Shown here piece after piece: positions 41,749 through 54,852 of a DNA stretch of 64,000 bases (positions within the stretch are counted from its first letter, which is position 1; every line of letters starts with the position of its first letter). The stretch is from Eledone cirrhosa. Taxonomy: Eukaryota. Below the pieces are notes generated by a model. That model made no database searches. It saw only the letters and a list, made by a program, of their open reading frames with translations, and was not told where the DNA came from. The translations under genes and the position numbers were made by a program. The stretch is from positions 278,070,001 to 278,134,000 of the forward strand of contig OZ024743.1 in assembly GCA_964016885.1 (NCBI GenBank), read 5' to 3'.

Positions 41749-42346
41749 ATATATATATATACACAAACACACACACATACACACACACACACACACATAC
41801 TTACACACACTCACACACGCACATATATATATGTATGTATATTTGCAAGTATATATATATATATATGAAGAAAGAGAGAAAGAGTGAGGGAGGGGAGGGC
41901 GAGGGGGAGAGAAAGAGAGATAGAGAGAGAGAGAAATAGATAGATAGATAACGAGGAGGAGGAAAATCGTAGTATCAACTTATTTCCACTCTTCCCGGCA
42001 GTAAACTTCGAACAAGAAATGGAATGTACAGTAACTGGAAGTATATAAACTAATAAATAACTAGTACAAAATACCTGAGTTTTTTCGTTAATCTTTCTTT
42101 ATTCGTTGAATTAATGGGTAATATCACTTTCTAATTTATGCACTTGACCATCAGTCTGGGATCATGGGGAAATCGATTCAATCTAACTTTTCTGGAATTT
42201 TATTTTATTGACCTCGAAATGATGAAATGCGCAGTTGTCCTCCACGGTATTTTAATAAAGAACGTAAAGATATGTAACTATATGCGTAAAGTAGTTTGTC
42301 TTAAGGTCTACCGATAGTGCTAATCTATCGCCTTAAATGTGTTGGT

Positions 42347-44568
42347 GAGGCATGGCTAACATGCGGCCCGCAGGCCGCATACGGTCCTTTACAAACACAC
42401 CTACGGTCCGCACAAAGGTTTTTACAGCGCAAACATGTTTTATCTTCGTAATATAAAATAAATAAAAATTAGTTGTAATGTGTGCAATTAGTTGTCGTGT
42501 GTCGCCCTCAGACAACACATATGGGACCCATTTGGCCTTCGGGGGATCTTCAGTTTGACATGACTGAGCTAGATTATATTTTAACCTGTAATCCATTTTT
42601 CATTTTTGTCACCCCTCCCCAACCCCACCCTCTAAGTATATGAAAGCCTAATGCGTGTTTCAAGACTCAAGGAATTGAAGGCTAACTTGACACACCAACA
42701 GACCTGTTTTATGTAAATTCAGTAAGAGAATGTCGCTTCCGTTAGAGCAAAGTATTAACTCAGCCGAATGATCACCATGAGTGGGAAATCTTACAGTGAA
42801 GGAGCTTTTGTAATGCAATGCCTTGTAAAAACAGCTGAAATTTTATGTCCAGAGAAAGCACAATTATTCAAAGACATTTCATTAACCAGGAAGACTGTTG
42901 CTGAAGGGCTTGATGAAATGTCAGATGATCTGAAACAACATTTGAAGGCTGTATCATCAAGGTTTAAACATTTTTCTCTTGCTATTGATGAGACCGTTGA
43001 CATCACTGGATTAACACAGCTTGCATTCTTCATCAGGACCTGTGACAGTGAATTTAATATTCATGAAGAACTGATTTAACTGGTCCCCATGCATGACATT
43101 ATAACCTTTGAGAAGGTCGAGCAGGTTCTATATGACTTTGGTTTTGATTTAAGTAAACTTTCATGCCTATCTACTGGCGGTGCTGCGAATATGGTGGGTA
43201 AACATAATGGTGTTACTGCCGAGTTACGAACAAAAATAGAAAACTCGCACCCAGATTCATCATTTGCACATTTTCACTGTATTATTCATCAGCAAAATTT
43301 GTGTTCAAAGATTTTTAAATTGCATCGTGTGCATAGCTTGATCACAAAGACAGTGAACTATATCAGAGGACGTGCTCTCAATCGCCGTCAGTTCAGCCAG
43401 TTGTTGGAAGATATGGATAATCAGTTCACCGATGTTCCATTCTACACAGAAGTCTGCTGGTTGTCATGACACAAAGTGCTGAAAAGATTCAATTTGTTGA
43501 GCCAAGAAATAATTATGTTTTTGGCGATGAAATGTCAAAACACAGATGAAATAAAAGATGAAAGTTGGCTCCAAGATCTGGCTTATGCTGTGAATATTAC
43601 TGCACTATTAACTGATCTTAATTTGAAATTACAGGGTAAAAACAAACTCATCACTCAGTTGTATGATGACATCAAGTGTTTCATTAGAAAACTAAGCTTA
43701 TGGAAGTCACAGTTGTCAAATGAAAATTTAGTTCATTTCCCTACGTGCAAAGAGCTGAAAAACACTGTCAATACTGATTTTGTACTTAGCTTTATTAAGT
43801 ATGACAGTCACCTGCAAGTGTTGTCAAAGGAATTTCAGGAAAGATTTTGTGATTTCTCATCTTTTGAACATCAGTTTGCATTATTCCCAGCACCATTTAC
43901 CTTTGATGTTACCTAGGCAGAAAAGCCTGCAGATCGGACTATTGGAAATGCAGTCAGATTCGACACTCAGGCACTCAGAGCAAAGTATCTTGAAGTGGTG
44001 ATACCTGGCTTCTTTTCATTCCTTCCAGAAAAGTTTAAAAACTTCAGAAAGTTTGCCACAAAGATTATGGCAATGTATGTTCTACCTATGTGTGGGAACA
44101 GTTATTTTTCTTCATAAAATTAACAAAACCTTCTCAGAGAACAAAGCTGACAGATCAACACTTGTCATCTCGGATCAATGTCGGAACTGTACAGACATTT
44201 CAGCCAGACATACCAAAAACAATATTTGTCAACAAAAACACTAAAAATGGTTGAATAATAGCAAATAAATGTTCAGTCTTGAACTGTTGTAATTTTTGTA
44301 CAATGTATTTGTTGCTGTTGCAAGCTGCAAGTATAAGTTACCATTTAAAATTTTAGTTTTTTGTCAAATCACTTCATTACTTTGCATTTATGAATGTTGC
44401 TAAAACATTTGTATGTATATTGTATGTTTCTAAATTTAACTAACAAATTTTTCTGCAATAAATTTTATTAAATGACTTTAATTAGTTATAATGTGCACAA
44501 TTAGTTGTCGTGTGCGGCCCTCAGACCACACATGCGGCCCTTGGGGGATCCTCAGTTTAACATGCCTG
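42347..44568 (+). mobile_element. hAT (Buster/SPIN-like) transposon, composite
   Basis: Ends (G/C)AGGCATG..AAC and GTTTAACATGCCTG; GCGGCCC subterminal motifs; candidate 8-bp TSD GTGTTGGT / GTGTAGAT. Confidence 0.85.
42768..44244 (+). pseudogene. hAT transposase (GTF2IRD2/SPIN-like), disrupted
   Basis: FSLAIDETVDITGLTQLAFFIR, HCIIHQQNLCSK, EVCWLS, DLAYAVNITALLTDLNLKLQGK, ERFCDF; multiple stops and frameshifts. Confidence 0.9.
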
Positions 44569-44577
44569 GTGTAGATA

Positions 44578-44767
44578 ATAATTGTTTCTACTTTAGGCAC
44601 AAGGCCAGCAATTACCCAGTGCATTAATGGTAATTTATTTTATCGACCCCGTAAGGATGAAAGGCAAAGTCAACCTCGGCGGGATTTGAACTCAGATCGT
44701 AAAGGGACGTAACTATGCTGGAAAGCATGGCGTCCGACCCTCTACCGATACTGCCAATCCACCGCCC
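44578..44767 (-). mobile_element. SINE with TSD
   Basis: Full length; flanks CTGGTGTAGATAATAAT / CTGGTATAGATAATAAT. Confidence 0.9.
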
Positions 44768-45729
44768 TGGTATAGATAATAATACCGAAAAAATATATGA
44801 TCAGCTGTTTAAGAACAATTGTCTCCCATTTACTGGAGTTATGGTAGATTGAGCATACACTGCACAATCAGGTTACCAAACAGCCGTTTAAAATGGATTC
44901 CCCAAAGAAAATAAAGAAGCGATCGGTGTAGTATTCTATATGAAGCGAAAAGGTAAAGGGCTACACCATAGATCAAGGAGAAGAAAGTTGGGAAAATAAT
45001 GGTTATGTGCTAAAATGTTTGTGTGGACAATGAGTAAAATACACACACACATACACACACATATACGAACACATGTACACACACACATTCCTTTTCATCC
45101 AGAGACATAAAAGTCAACCTTACTATAGCAATATACTGTATAATTAAACTTCAAGTAAAATGAATAAAAAACGCCAAGATATTCTAATGGATTGTGAAAG
45201 CAAACTATAGTTCTGTACATAAATGATTGTTTCTAGGATAAAGAATTAGTGAAGTTCAATTCAATCGAATTTCTAAAGTCTATTTCTATTATGTTGTTAT
45301 TGTTGTTGTTTTGTTGTTGTTTTTTTTCTGCTTTCTGAATCATTTTGGCTGAAAGCTTTCAAACGCAGATTTGAAGGTCGTACGTGGTCATTGACCAAGT
45401 AAGAGATACCACTAACTTGCTTTCTGCGTTCGTGCCTTCAAGAAGATCCATCGTAGATTTTAAAATCATACTTGGTCAATGTATCGATTAATTACGACTC
45501 TGAAATCTACGATGAATCTCCTTTCCCAAAATGTATGCAGAAAGAAAGAACATGTTTCTTTTTGAATGTTGTGACAAATATATGTTGAAAATTTTGTGCC
45601 ATTTTTTATAAAGTTGATCTGGCAACCATATCTGTGTCGACTGTCGCTTATCTGCAGTATCAGTTTCTAAACGTATCAATTGCACAGAGTTAAGGGGACA
45701 CACGTTTGACCCAATAAAGAGATGTATTA

Positions 45730-45786
<57 letters not shown>

Positions 45787-47780
45787 AAGTAGTAGTTGTT
45801 GTTGTTGTAGTAGTAATAGTAGAAGTAGTAGTAGTAGTAGTTGTTGTTGTTGTAGTATTAGTAGTAGTTTATAAATACTCATGTCAACCAACTAACTGTA
45901 TTTATCGACCATTAGTCAAATCCATACATATTCGTTAAGTGTACGATATTTATAATATAAATAAACAAAACACATAACTGATCTCTTTGATATCTCTCAA
46001 AACAAAGAAACAAATTTGGAATAATTGTGTGAGGAGTTTCATTCAGTCAGAAGATACAGTTTTAGGGAAGAACAGAATTAAAAAGAAGTTTAAGAACATA
46101 AATATAAAGGAGTATCTAGAGTATTGATGGAATCGTAAGGGTCATTTTCTGAAATCTGGTCGGTCTCATACATGCTCCAGTTTTAAACACATCCAATTTA
46201 TCCCAAGGTGAGAGAGGGAGAGAGAGAGAAAGAAAGTAAGAAAGCGATACAGATGAAAAATAAACTCCAATAGAGAACTTCTACATTTCTTTTATCGAAC
46301 TGGGAAGTATGAAATGGAATGTTAACCTCGGCCCTTAGTAGGATTCGAACACAGAACACAGAGAGCTGGGTGGAATACTGAAAAATAAGTATGGTGTACT
46401 AAGAAGTAGAATTGATTACTAATTTCACCGTGAAATTAGGCTCAATTTTCTGAAGCTCACGATAGAGCTCGAAACTTCTTTGTTATTATAAACACTAATT
46501 GCATGTTATTTTCATTATAACATTCGCTGTGTGGTTTTATAATTAATGTGTTCGGTTCACGATCGTAAGATTGTGAATTCTATTCACGGTTGTACATTGT
46601 GTCCATCAGCAAAACACTTTATTTCCAGTTGCTCCAGTCTATGCCACTGGCAAAAAGGAGTTACAACTTTAATTCAGAGTGCCTGTCTTATTACACAATG
46701 TGTCAAGTTGGATCGCTCTGAGGATTACATTAAGAGTGTACATGTCTATGAAATGCTCATCCACTTGCAGGTTAATATAACCTGCATTCACGTTGTACGA
46801 ACATCTGCAACGCTCGTCGTTGGAACCGAAGGAGGTCTGACTGACACTCAAACATTCCCTCTAATATGGAATAGGTAGTATGAGGACCCCCCCTCTCTCT
46901 CTCTCTCATTTCCAACGATGAAGTTTTCGATTGATTCGATCAACGGAACAGCTACTCGTGAAATGAACGTGTAAGTGGCATTCTACAGACATGTGCACTT
47001 TTAGGGTAGACCGCAAGGAGATTAACACAGTTTTTGACAAATCTGGTCCTTTGCATTACCAGTACAAATAATTTTTGCCAGATGAGTGGCCAGGAGCAAC
47101 ATAGAATAAGATGTCGACACAGCACGCTATTGGTAACCGAACTCACGACTTTACAATTGTGAACACGATAACAACTACGCATATATCCACAAAGAAGCAC
47201 AAGCCTGCATGCTCATATAGCCATATAAACACATCTTAAGTTTTGTGTACTGTGTACGAGTAACGCCAAAAATAGGAAAACTCAAATTGGCAAGTAGAGT
47301 TTAATATTTAATGTATGTACTGAAATGTACGAGTTGTTTCTGTCAGTTACTTCTTTCAATTCCTCAAGAGAAACTGTCAGTATAAAATCATTATATACAT
47401 TTTAGGATATGTATCTATCTATATGTTTGTGTGTTTGAGTGTGTGTATATGCATACATATATACGTGCACCCACGCACACACACATATATATATATATAT
47501 TTCATATATATACATATATATATCATGAATATATATATCATATATATAAAGAGCGAAACAGGGAGAAAGAGGGAGAGAGAGAAAGAAAGAGAAAGAGTGA
47601 GAGAGAAAGAAAGAGATGTATGTGTCGTGCGTTCGTATATATGTTTGTGTATAAATGTGGGAGGGCATATTGGTTTTGTAGGTGTATATATGGATGCACA
47701 GATAACGACCCCAAGAACATAATACTAACTAATATAAACAATGATATGTCAGGTGATAAAAAATAAGAAGTATCAATGAA

Positions 47781-48001
47781 AAGGAAAGATCGACTTTCGT
47801 CAAATCGGACCGAAGAAACAATGTTTCCGTTGGTCTTTCCAATTGCTAATACTATCTATCGGTCGCAACTCCAGGTAGAAGGAGCAACGTGAAATAAAGT
47901 GTCTTGCTCAAGGACATAACGCATCGCCTGGTCCAGGAATCGAACTCATAACCTCACAATTGCGAATCCAATTCTCTAACCACTCAGCCACACGCCTTCA
48001 C
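47781..48001 (-). mobile_element. tRNA-derived CORE-like SINE with 13-bp TSD
   Basis: Minus strand has A-box TGGCTGAGTGG, B-box GAGTTCGATTCC and TCCTTGAGCAAGACACTT. TSD AAGTATCAATGAA at 47768-47780 and 48002-48014. Older relatives at ~46530-46880 and ~46950-47200. Confidence 0.82.
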
Positions 48002-48061
48002 AAGTATCAATGAATACGATGTCAATCTTGAGTTTTATCAATAATAGAGGTTGTTCTAGAT

Positions 48062-48309
48062 CAGTCATGGGCAACCTGCGGCCCGCGAAGCATTCTGAAT
48101 GGCTCGCCTAAGTCACCTAAGTGAAATCTTTCTGATTTTTTAACCCCAACTTTTCAGTCATCATTTATCTTTCTATCATTTTTACGATCGAGGAAAACAA
48201 CATGTACGAATTCTGAAGAAACAAATCAAAACAATCAGAGTTACCGGTCCTTTATTTAATGTGGGCACGAATGTAAATTAGCGCATGCGGCCCGATTCTC
48301 GAAAAACTG
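48062..48309 (+). mobile_element. hAT-type MITE
   Basis: Starts CAGTCATGGGCAACCTGCGGCCCGCG; 8-bp TSD TTCTAGAT / ATCTAGAT; right TIR partly deleted. Confidence 0.65.
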
Positions 48310-48699
48310 ATCTAGATTGTCTATTTGGATGTCTCTACATCCCACCTTTACTCCCACTCACATTTTTTCCCATTTCGCTCTCTCATACATATATACATAT
48401 TCAGTCTCTTGTTCTTCTATTTTCACATTTTTGCTTTCACTTCTCACTCTTCCTCTTTACCTTGTCCTCTCTTACGCATTGTCGCCTCACATTCTGTGCG
48501 TGTGGGTGTGAGCGAGAATGTCCGTGTGAATATGTATGTATGAATGTGTGTGTGTGTGTGTTTGTGTGTGAATGCGTGCGTGTGAACGTGTGTGTGTTTG
48601 AGTGTGTGTATGTATGTGTGTCTGTGTGTGTGTGTGCGTGCGTGCGTGTGAGGGGGTGTATGTGTTTCTGTGGGCATCTTCACCTGATTGCTAAAGTGT

Positions 48700-49075
48700 A
48701 GGCCAGAGAGATATTATCGATAAATGTTGCGACCTTATGATCCGACAGAAAGCTACTGATCCAAGGAACGATAGACGTGCGGGGTACAAAGGTCAGTATG
48801 TTTGCTAAGAGACTGGTGTACTTCATATGGTCGAACGCTTTGATGATATTAAGTGCATGAAGTTTTTTTTTCACGAAATTTCTTGACGGCGAAGGCCCAT
48901 TGTGAATGATTATATTAAGAAAGGTCTCCGGGTCTACGAAAGCCACGCCGGCGCTCATTGAGGGAAAGGGATTCAAGGCAAAAGAAACTGATATTTTTAA
49001 TGACTGTTTCTGTCACATTTGAGATGCTGGAAATGAATGTGATAGGACGGTAGTTGGCAGAGGCAGAGGTGTGTC
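48700..49075 (-). pseudogene. Non-LTR (Jockey/CR1/L2-like) RT fragment
   Basis: SANYRPI..., ALNIIKAFDH..., WISSFLSD. Confidence 0.7.
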
Positions 49076-49212
49076 CCTTTTGGTAGTGAACACTCTATAT
49101 CTTATTTTCAAAGAATGACATACCCACCGAGAAAAAGGAAGTGAGAGAGAAATAGGGAGAGATAGAGAGAGAAAAAAGAGAGAGAGAAGAAGCGAGAGAG
49201 AGGGAAAGAGAA

Positions 49213-49302
<90 letters not shown>

Positions 49303-49440
49303 AGATAGATAGAGAGAGGGGAAAGAGAGAAATGGAGAAAGAAAGTGAGTGAGAAAGAACTGGTTGGGTCGTCGGCGACTAAACAGAAATACCTACAACG
49401 CTTGCTGGATGAAAAACAACTATGTATATATATATATATA

Positions 49441-49641
49441 TAAAATATTTAGTTTAGAAAGCCACAACAATGCAGATGGGAAATCTCGAGGTAGGAAGTG
49501 AGTGAGAAATAGGAGAAAAATGAAAATTGTTTTGTTTTCATCTTCGTTTCTCTCAATTTTCACTTTTCACCTATTTCTCACTCATTTCCTACCTCGAGAT
49601 TTCCCATCTGCATTGTTGTGGCTTTCTAAACTACATATTTT
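49441..49641. repeat. Fold-back with ~88-bp arms
   Basis: 49441-49529 is inverted to 49555-49641; adjacent to TA tracts. Confidence 0.8.
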
Positions 49642-49944
49642 ACACATTTCACAATGCTTCAAGCAAACTTTAACACCCTCATATATATATATGTATATAT
49701 ATGTATATATATATATATATATTTCGTTTCTGAATTTGTTTAGCAAGATTCTTTATCTGAAATCGTGTGTTGAAACCGATATTGTTATACTTTGGGAGGG
49801 TCATGTTGCCAATAAGAAACACACGCACCAGTTGCTTTCACTTCAATTTATTATATATTTATAAATTTATAAATTTACAAATCTACAAACTTATAAATTT
49901 CTGGTTGGTTGGTTGGTTCCACAACCAGATAGTTGTTTATATAT

Positions 49945-49989
49945 AGTCATAGTCCTTTCGTCACACACTCTGTGACCTCTTCAGTGACT
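49945..49989 (-). ncRNA. PLE pLTR hammerhead ribozyme
   Basis: Minus strand: AGTCA-CTGAAGA-G GTCACA GAGTG TGTGAC-GAAA-GGAC-TA-TGACT. Confidence 0.78.
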
Positions 49990-50193
49990 GGGGATTCCTT
50001 TCTTTGTTTCTGTGCCTTTCCTTTCTTCTGTCCTACGCCATTTTGTTTCTGTGTGTGTGTTGTGTGCTCAGTTTGCGCATGCGCCACATCCGGGTGTCTG
50101 TGTGTGTTTGTGTTCATTTATCTATTTGTTTATTTATTTACATGTTGTTGGTTGGTTGTTTGTTCTATGTGTGTGTGTGTTTTCATTTTGTCC

Positions 50194-51105
50194 TTAATTG
50201 TAAGTTGTGATGTTGCTGTTCCACTCATATTTTCTATTTAATTTTGGTTGTAATTCTTTTATGTTTACTGCCTCTGTAATTTGTCTAAACATTGCGTCTT
50301 TTCTGTGTGTAGATTCTATTTTTATTTCTATGTTCTCTAATTTACCCTTGTGTTCTATCTTAGCATGTTGGTAGAGTACAGATGATTCTTTATTATCTTG
50401 AAGGTCTCGCCAGTGTTCATTTATCCGTTCCCCTATACTACGAGCTGTCTCACCTATGTACACTATATTTTTGTTTCTACATTGTCCTTCAGTACATCTT
50501 ATGCTATACACTACATTTCTAGTTTTACAGTTAATATGGGAGCTTATTTTACAGGTTATACATTTCTTATCTATACATCAGGGTCTTTGGAACGGGTATG
50601 TCTTGCTAATAAGTGTTTTTACGGAGGTACCTGGTCTTTCTACTATCTTAATATTGAGTTTATGTTTATTTAGGGCCCTTCTAAATTTGTAGGCTAGTTC
50701 GCCTCTAGGGGTTGTATTGATGAACATTACACTCTGGTATTTATTGCTATCATACCATGAGTTTATTCTATTGGCCTTGTTCCTAGTTCTTTCTATTCTA
50801 TTCCAAAATTTGCTCCTATACAAGGGGCAGGTCCCATTTATGTCATTATTTACCATTTTTTCCCATTTGGTTCTGGCTCCTCTATACACTCTGATTCTAT
50901 CTCTCTGATTGTAGCCAGAGAACTGCATACGGTGGATGAAGTATTGTATGTGTCTCTCTAGTTCTTCGGGGTTGCACATGCGGGACACATTTCTCATCAC
51001 CCGTACCAAATCCGCAATCAGTATGTTGATTTTGGTATGGTTCGAAATGGCCGAGTTTCGGTGGATCAGATGTTTGGAAGTCATGGGTTTGGCATAATGG
51101 GAATA
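50194..51105 (-). pseudogene. PLE RT thumb plus GIY-YIG endonuclease, one frame with a single TGA at 50578-50580
   Basis: HYAKPMTSKHLIHRNSAI...RMQFSGY, then P*CIDKKCITC...NCKTRNVVYSIRC..C...VYIGET..R..EH. The two ORF-track ORFs are in the same frame. Confidence 0.9.
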
Positions 51106-51174
51106 TATAATAAATTGAAGTGAAAGCAACTGGTGCGTGTGTTTCTTATTGGCAACATGACCCTCCCAAAGTAT

Positions 51175-51206
<32 letters not shown>

Positions 51207-51221
51207 GCTTTGTAGAATCAA

Positions 51222-51314
51222 GACGTATCTGAGGACCATGCGATTTTCAGAGTCAGGTTCGATCACATCGATCGTGCCTGGAGCTGGTCGCCAGAGAAAC
51301 GATTGTAATATGTC
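51222..51314 (+). ncRNA. HHR with ~60-nt helix II
   Basis: GACGTAT-CTGAGGA-(60-nt imperfect hairpin GCGA..CAGG.TCGATC/GATCG.GCCTG..TCGC)-GAAA-CGATTG-TA-ATATGTC, in the TA-flanked insert 51207-51440. Confidence 0.62.
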
Positions 51315-51437
51315 CAATAAATTCTATTCGTCGCAACACTGATTCTTTTTTTTTGTGATATCATACTCTGCTCTATGAGAGCATCGAGTGGTCAAACGGC
51401 CTACCGCATACGGACGCTTTAAGCATCCAACACCAAT

Positions 51438-51504
<67 letters not shown>

Positions 51505-52343
51505 CTCTACCTAATTAAGGAAAGACTTATTCTGTTAGAACTCGATTTATGAAACAAGGTGATGCCTGTTTTTTGTGAAGAACTACACAAGGGAGAAATA
51601 TAGGTTACATAATGTAAAATAAAAACAAGGGGTTCACTGTTTAATCAATCCATCGATTTATGATCGTTTCAAAGTGTTTACATGAACCATGATAATATCG
51701 ATATATTAACTAATCGCTTGTGAATATCCTGGACTGAATATATACATATATACATAGTCACGGAAATAAATTCGGCGACTTCCGTAATACAGACATATAT
51801 ATATATACATATATAAACAAAAAAAACTCATCGCTAGAACAGCCGTTAAACAGCTAAATGCTGTCAAAAACAGCAAATTGGTAAAATGCCTCAGAGGACA
51901 GAGACCAGCAACTAGTGTTCAACAGAGAGACAATCCACAATGTGGGTGTCAGGCAGGTGAAACGCAGATAAGACTGAAAGAGGAGGAGGACGAGGAGAAT
52001 TGTGTTTGCGCTGAGGAGTGATTGCAAGAAGGAAATAAAGAAAAATAATATACAAGGGAAGTTTACATACTCACATCTTCACCGTCATCAGCTCCTAAAC
52101 CAGCAAAATGGTTTCGCGGGATATAATTGAGAGTACTATTTTAATATGCTGGATCGTGCAATAGAAAAATAAATATTTCTGTCGGTATGATATGTGTGTG
52201 ATAAAACAAATAGCACAAATAGAAGGATGAAAGAAAGCAAATAAAATAAAATAATGGGATAGTGGACCTCAAGCTGTGGTGCGTCCTAAACACACACACA
52301 TATACAAATACACAAACACACAAAGTCATACACACACACAAAC

Positions 52344-52389
<46 letters not shown>

Positions 52390-52843
52390 AGTACATACAT
52401 ACACATTTACACGTCTTAAATCTACTTAGCTACACAAATGTTTGCACTTAATTAAGCGAGTCTATGCGATCACCTTTCAATTGAAATTCGCATAAAAATC
52501 ACGACGAGGAGACAAATTATTACTCAATTAAATAATAATGATGTGAGAAGACGATACAAGAGAGATGTGAGAGAGTACAAACAAAATGTGATGGTGAGGG
52601 AGAGAATATGTGTATATGAGTAAAAAAAGGCAGCGGCTACAATTTTTTAGAGAGAAAGGGAGAAAAATGATAAGACCCTCAAAAAGGGAGTAGATATAAG
52701 ATAAATATCATTGTATTACAATTTAAAATGTTATGAGTGTTTAGACAGATTTTACAAGATACACTGGAATAGAAGTGTGATATACAATTTATATCTATCT
52801 ATCTATCTATCTATCTATATATATATATAAAATAACAGATTAC

Positions 52844-52931
<88 letters not shown>

Positions 52932-52932
<1 letters not shown>

Positions 52933-54477
52933 CTTGAATCTCAGTCATTGATGTTAGTTAACTGGAAAGTCCGTTGGAATGAATATCAAGCCACTACCTG
53001 CAGCCTCAGATATTCAGGACGTATCGGAGGGTTCTTGTTGTTCCCAGCAAGCATGCCTTTTGAAGCGTTCCAAAAAGCGTGAAGGGGCCGATTTTCTTTA
53101 ACCATACCTGGAAATTTTTGGAGATAGTCCCCAGTGCGCCTATGACAATCTTCGAATTCATGGCAGTTCCAAATCCTTTTTACCTCCCACTTTAAGTCCT
53201 GGTATCGGTTAATTTTCTCCCTCTCCTTCTCTTGCACTCTCGTATCGAATGGGCAGGCCACATCCACAATCAGACACGATCTTTTTTCTTTGTCCACAAC
53301 CACCAGGTCAGGTCTATTGTGTTCCAGTTTCTTGTCCGCCTGTATCCTAAAATCCCACAGCACCTTCACCTGATCGTTCTCCATCACCGCCTCTGGCTTA
53401 TGCTCATACCATTTCTCAGAATGTGGTAAATTGTTTACTTTGCACAGATGCCAGTGGATCACCCTGCCCATCACATCATGTCTCCAGCCCTTATAGTGGG
53501 TCTGGGCTAGGTGTTTACACTCGGATACAATGTGAGCCACAGTCTCCTCTCTCTCTCCACAGATCCTGCACAGTGGGCTAGCCTCCTCCTTGTAGATATG
53601 GTGCTTCAACCACTTCGTTTTGAGGGCCTGCTCCTGCGCAGCCATTAGCATTCCTTCTGTAGCCTTTTTGAGGTCTCCTCTTCTCAACCAGTTCCATGTC
53701 TGTGGATCTCTAAATTCAGTTTTCTCAAAGAAGGTACTATGAAGGGATTTTCCCTTAAGGCTGCTCTTCCTCCTTGATGTTATTTCCTCCTTGGACATCC
53801 CCTGGCCTATTGTCCCCTCCTTCAGTACAGTTCTGAGCATTGGCTCCTTACTATAGGTCACGTATTTGTATAGGTTGTTTTTCTCCGTCTGAACACAGTC
53901 CTCTATGCTGATAACACCTCTTCCACCCTCAGATCTCCTTAGGTAGAGTCTATCAACATCACTCCTCTTGTGGAACATGTTGTAGATAGTCAATAGCTTC
54001 CTAGTCGTCCTATCCACTTCTTTTTGTTCAGCAACATTCCATCTCAGAATTCCCGCACTGTACCTAATAATAGACACAGCTCGGGAATTTACTGCGCTTA
54101 TGGCATTTCTGCTGTTCAGATGTGACTTCAATACGCTCCTTATTCTCCGAATGTATTCAGTTCTTAACAATTCCTTCATTTTTTTTGTTCTTTATGCCAT
54201 CAGCCTCCAGAACGCCCAAATACTTGTATCCTTCCTCAGAGTGAATTTCCTTTATCATCTCACCTGTTGGTATCTGGATTCCGTTACTTCTGCTCAACCT
54301 ACCCCTTCTCATCACAATGACTCCACACTTACTAATACCAAACTGCATACATATATCACTGCTGAAAATACGGACAGTGTCAACAAGCACATCCAACTCC
54401 TTCTCACTCTTCCCGATGAGCTTAAGATCGTCCATGAAGAGGAGGTGATTGATGGTAAGCCCTCCCTTTCCCAACCA
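52932..54477 (-). mobile_element. R4/Dong-clade non-LTR retrotransposon (RT plus RLE endonuclease), 5'-truncated, inside (TAA)n
   Basis: NHLLFMDDLKL, YKYLGV, zinc knuckle CRICGEREETVAHIVSEC, RHD, RPDLVV...IVDVACP, EKINRYQDL. (ATT)n at 52844-52931 and 54478-54517. Confidence 0.88.
52986..54477 (-). pseudogene. RT-RLE ORF remnant
   Basis: Frameshift in the A-run near 54180 and another near 53140. Confidence 0.85.
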
Positions 54478-54521
<44 letters not shown>

Positions 54522-54536
54522 ATATATATATATATA

Positions 54537-54569
<33 letters not shown>

Positions 54570-54715
54570 TGTATGTATGTATGTATGTATGTATGTATAT
54601 GTGTATGTGTATGAGTGTGTGTGCAATAGTGTGTGTGTGAGAGAGAGGAGGAGAGAAAGAGAGAAAGTGAGAGACAGACAGGAGAGAGGGAGAGAGAGAG
54701 AGAGAGAGAGCGAGA

Positions 54716-54789
<74 letters not shown>

Positions 54790-54819
54790 AAGGATTAGAA
54801 TAATATCTGCATAAATACG

Positions 54820-54852
<33 letters not shown>

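Larger units (their letters stand above)
49722..51180 (-). mobile_element. 5'-truncated Penelope-like element (C-terminal endonuclease) with short inverted pLTR end, in (TA)n
   Basis: RT thumb, Cys-rich linker, GIY-YIG and pLTR on the minus strand. 51107-51180 is an inverted copy of ~49780-49855. TA tracts on both sides. Confidence 0.92.

Noticed and set aside
50578-50580. In-frame TGA in the PLE ORF as selenocysteine (as in Naiad PLEs)
   Set aside because: The endonuclease here is C-terminal, the TGA precedes rather than replaces the linker Cys, CGA>TGA decay is simpler, and no SECIS was recognised.
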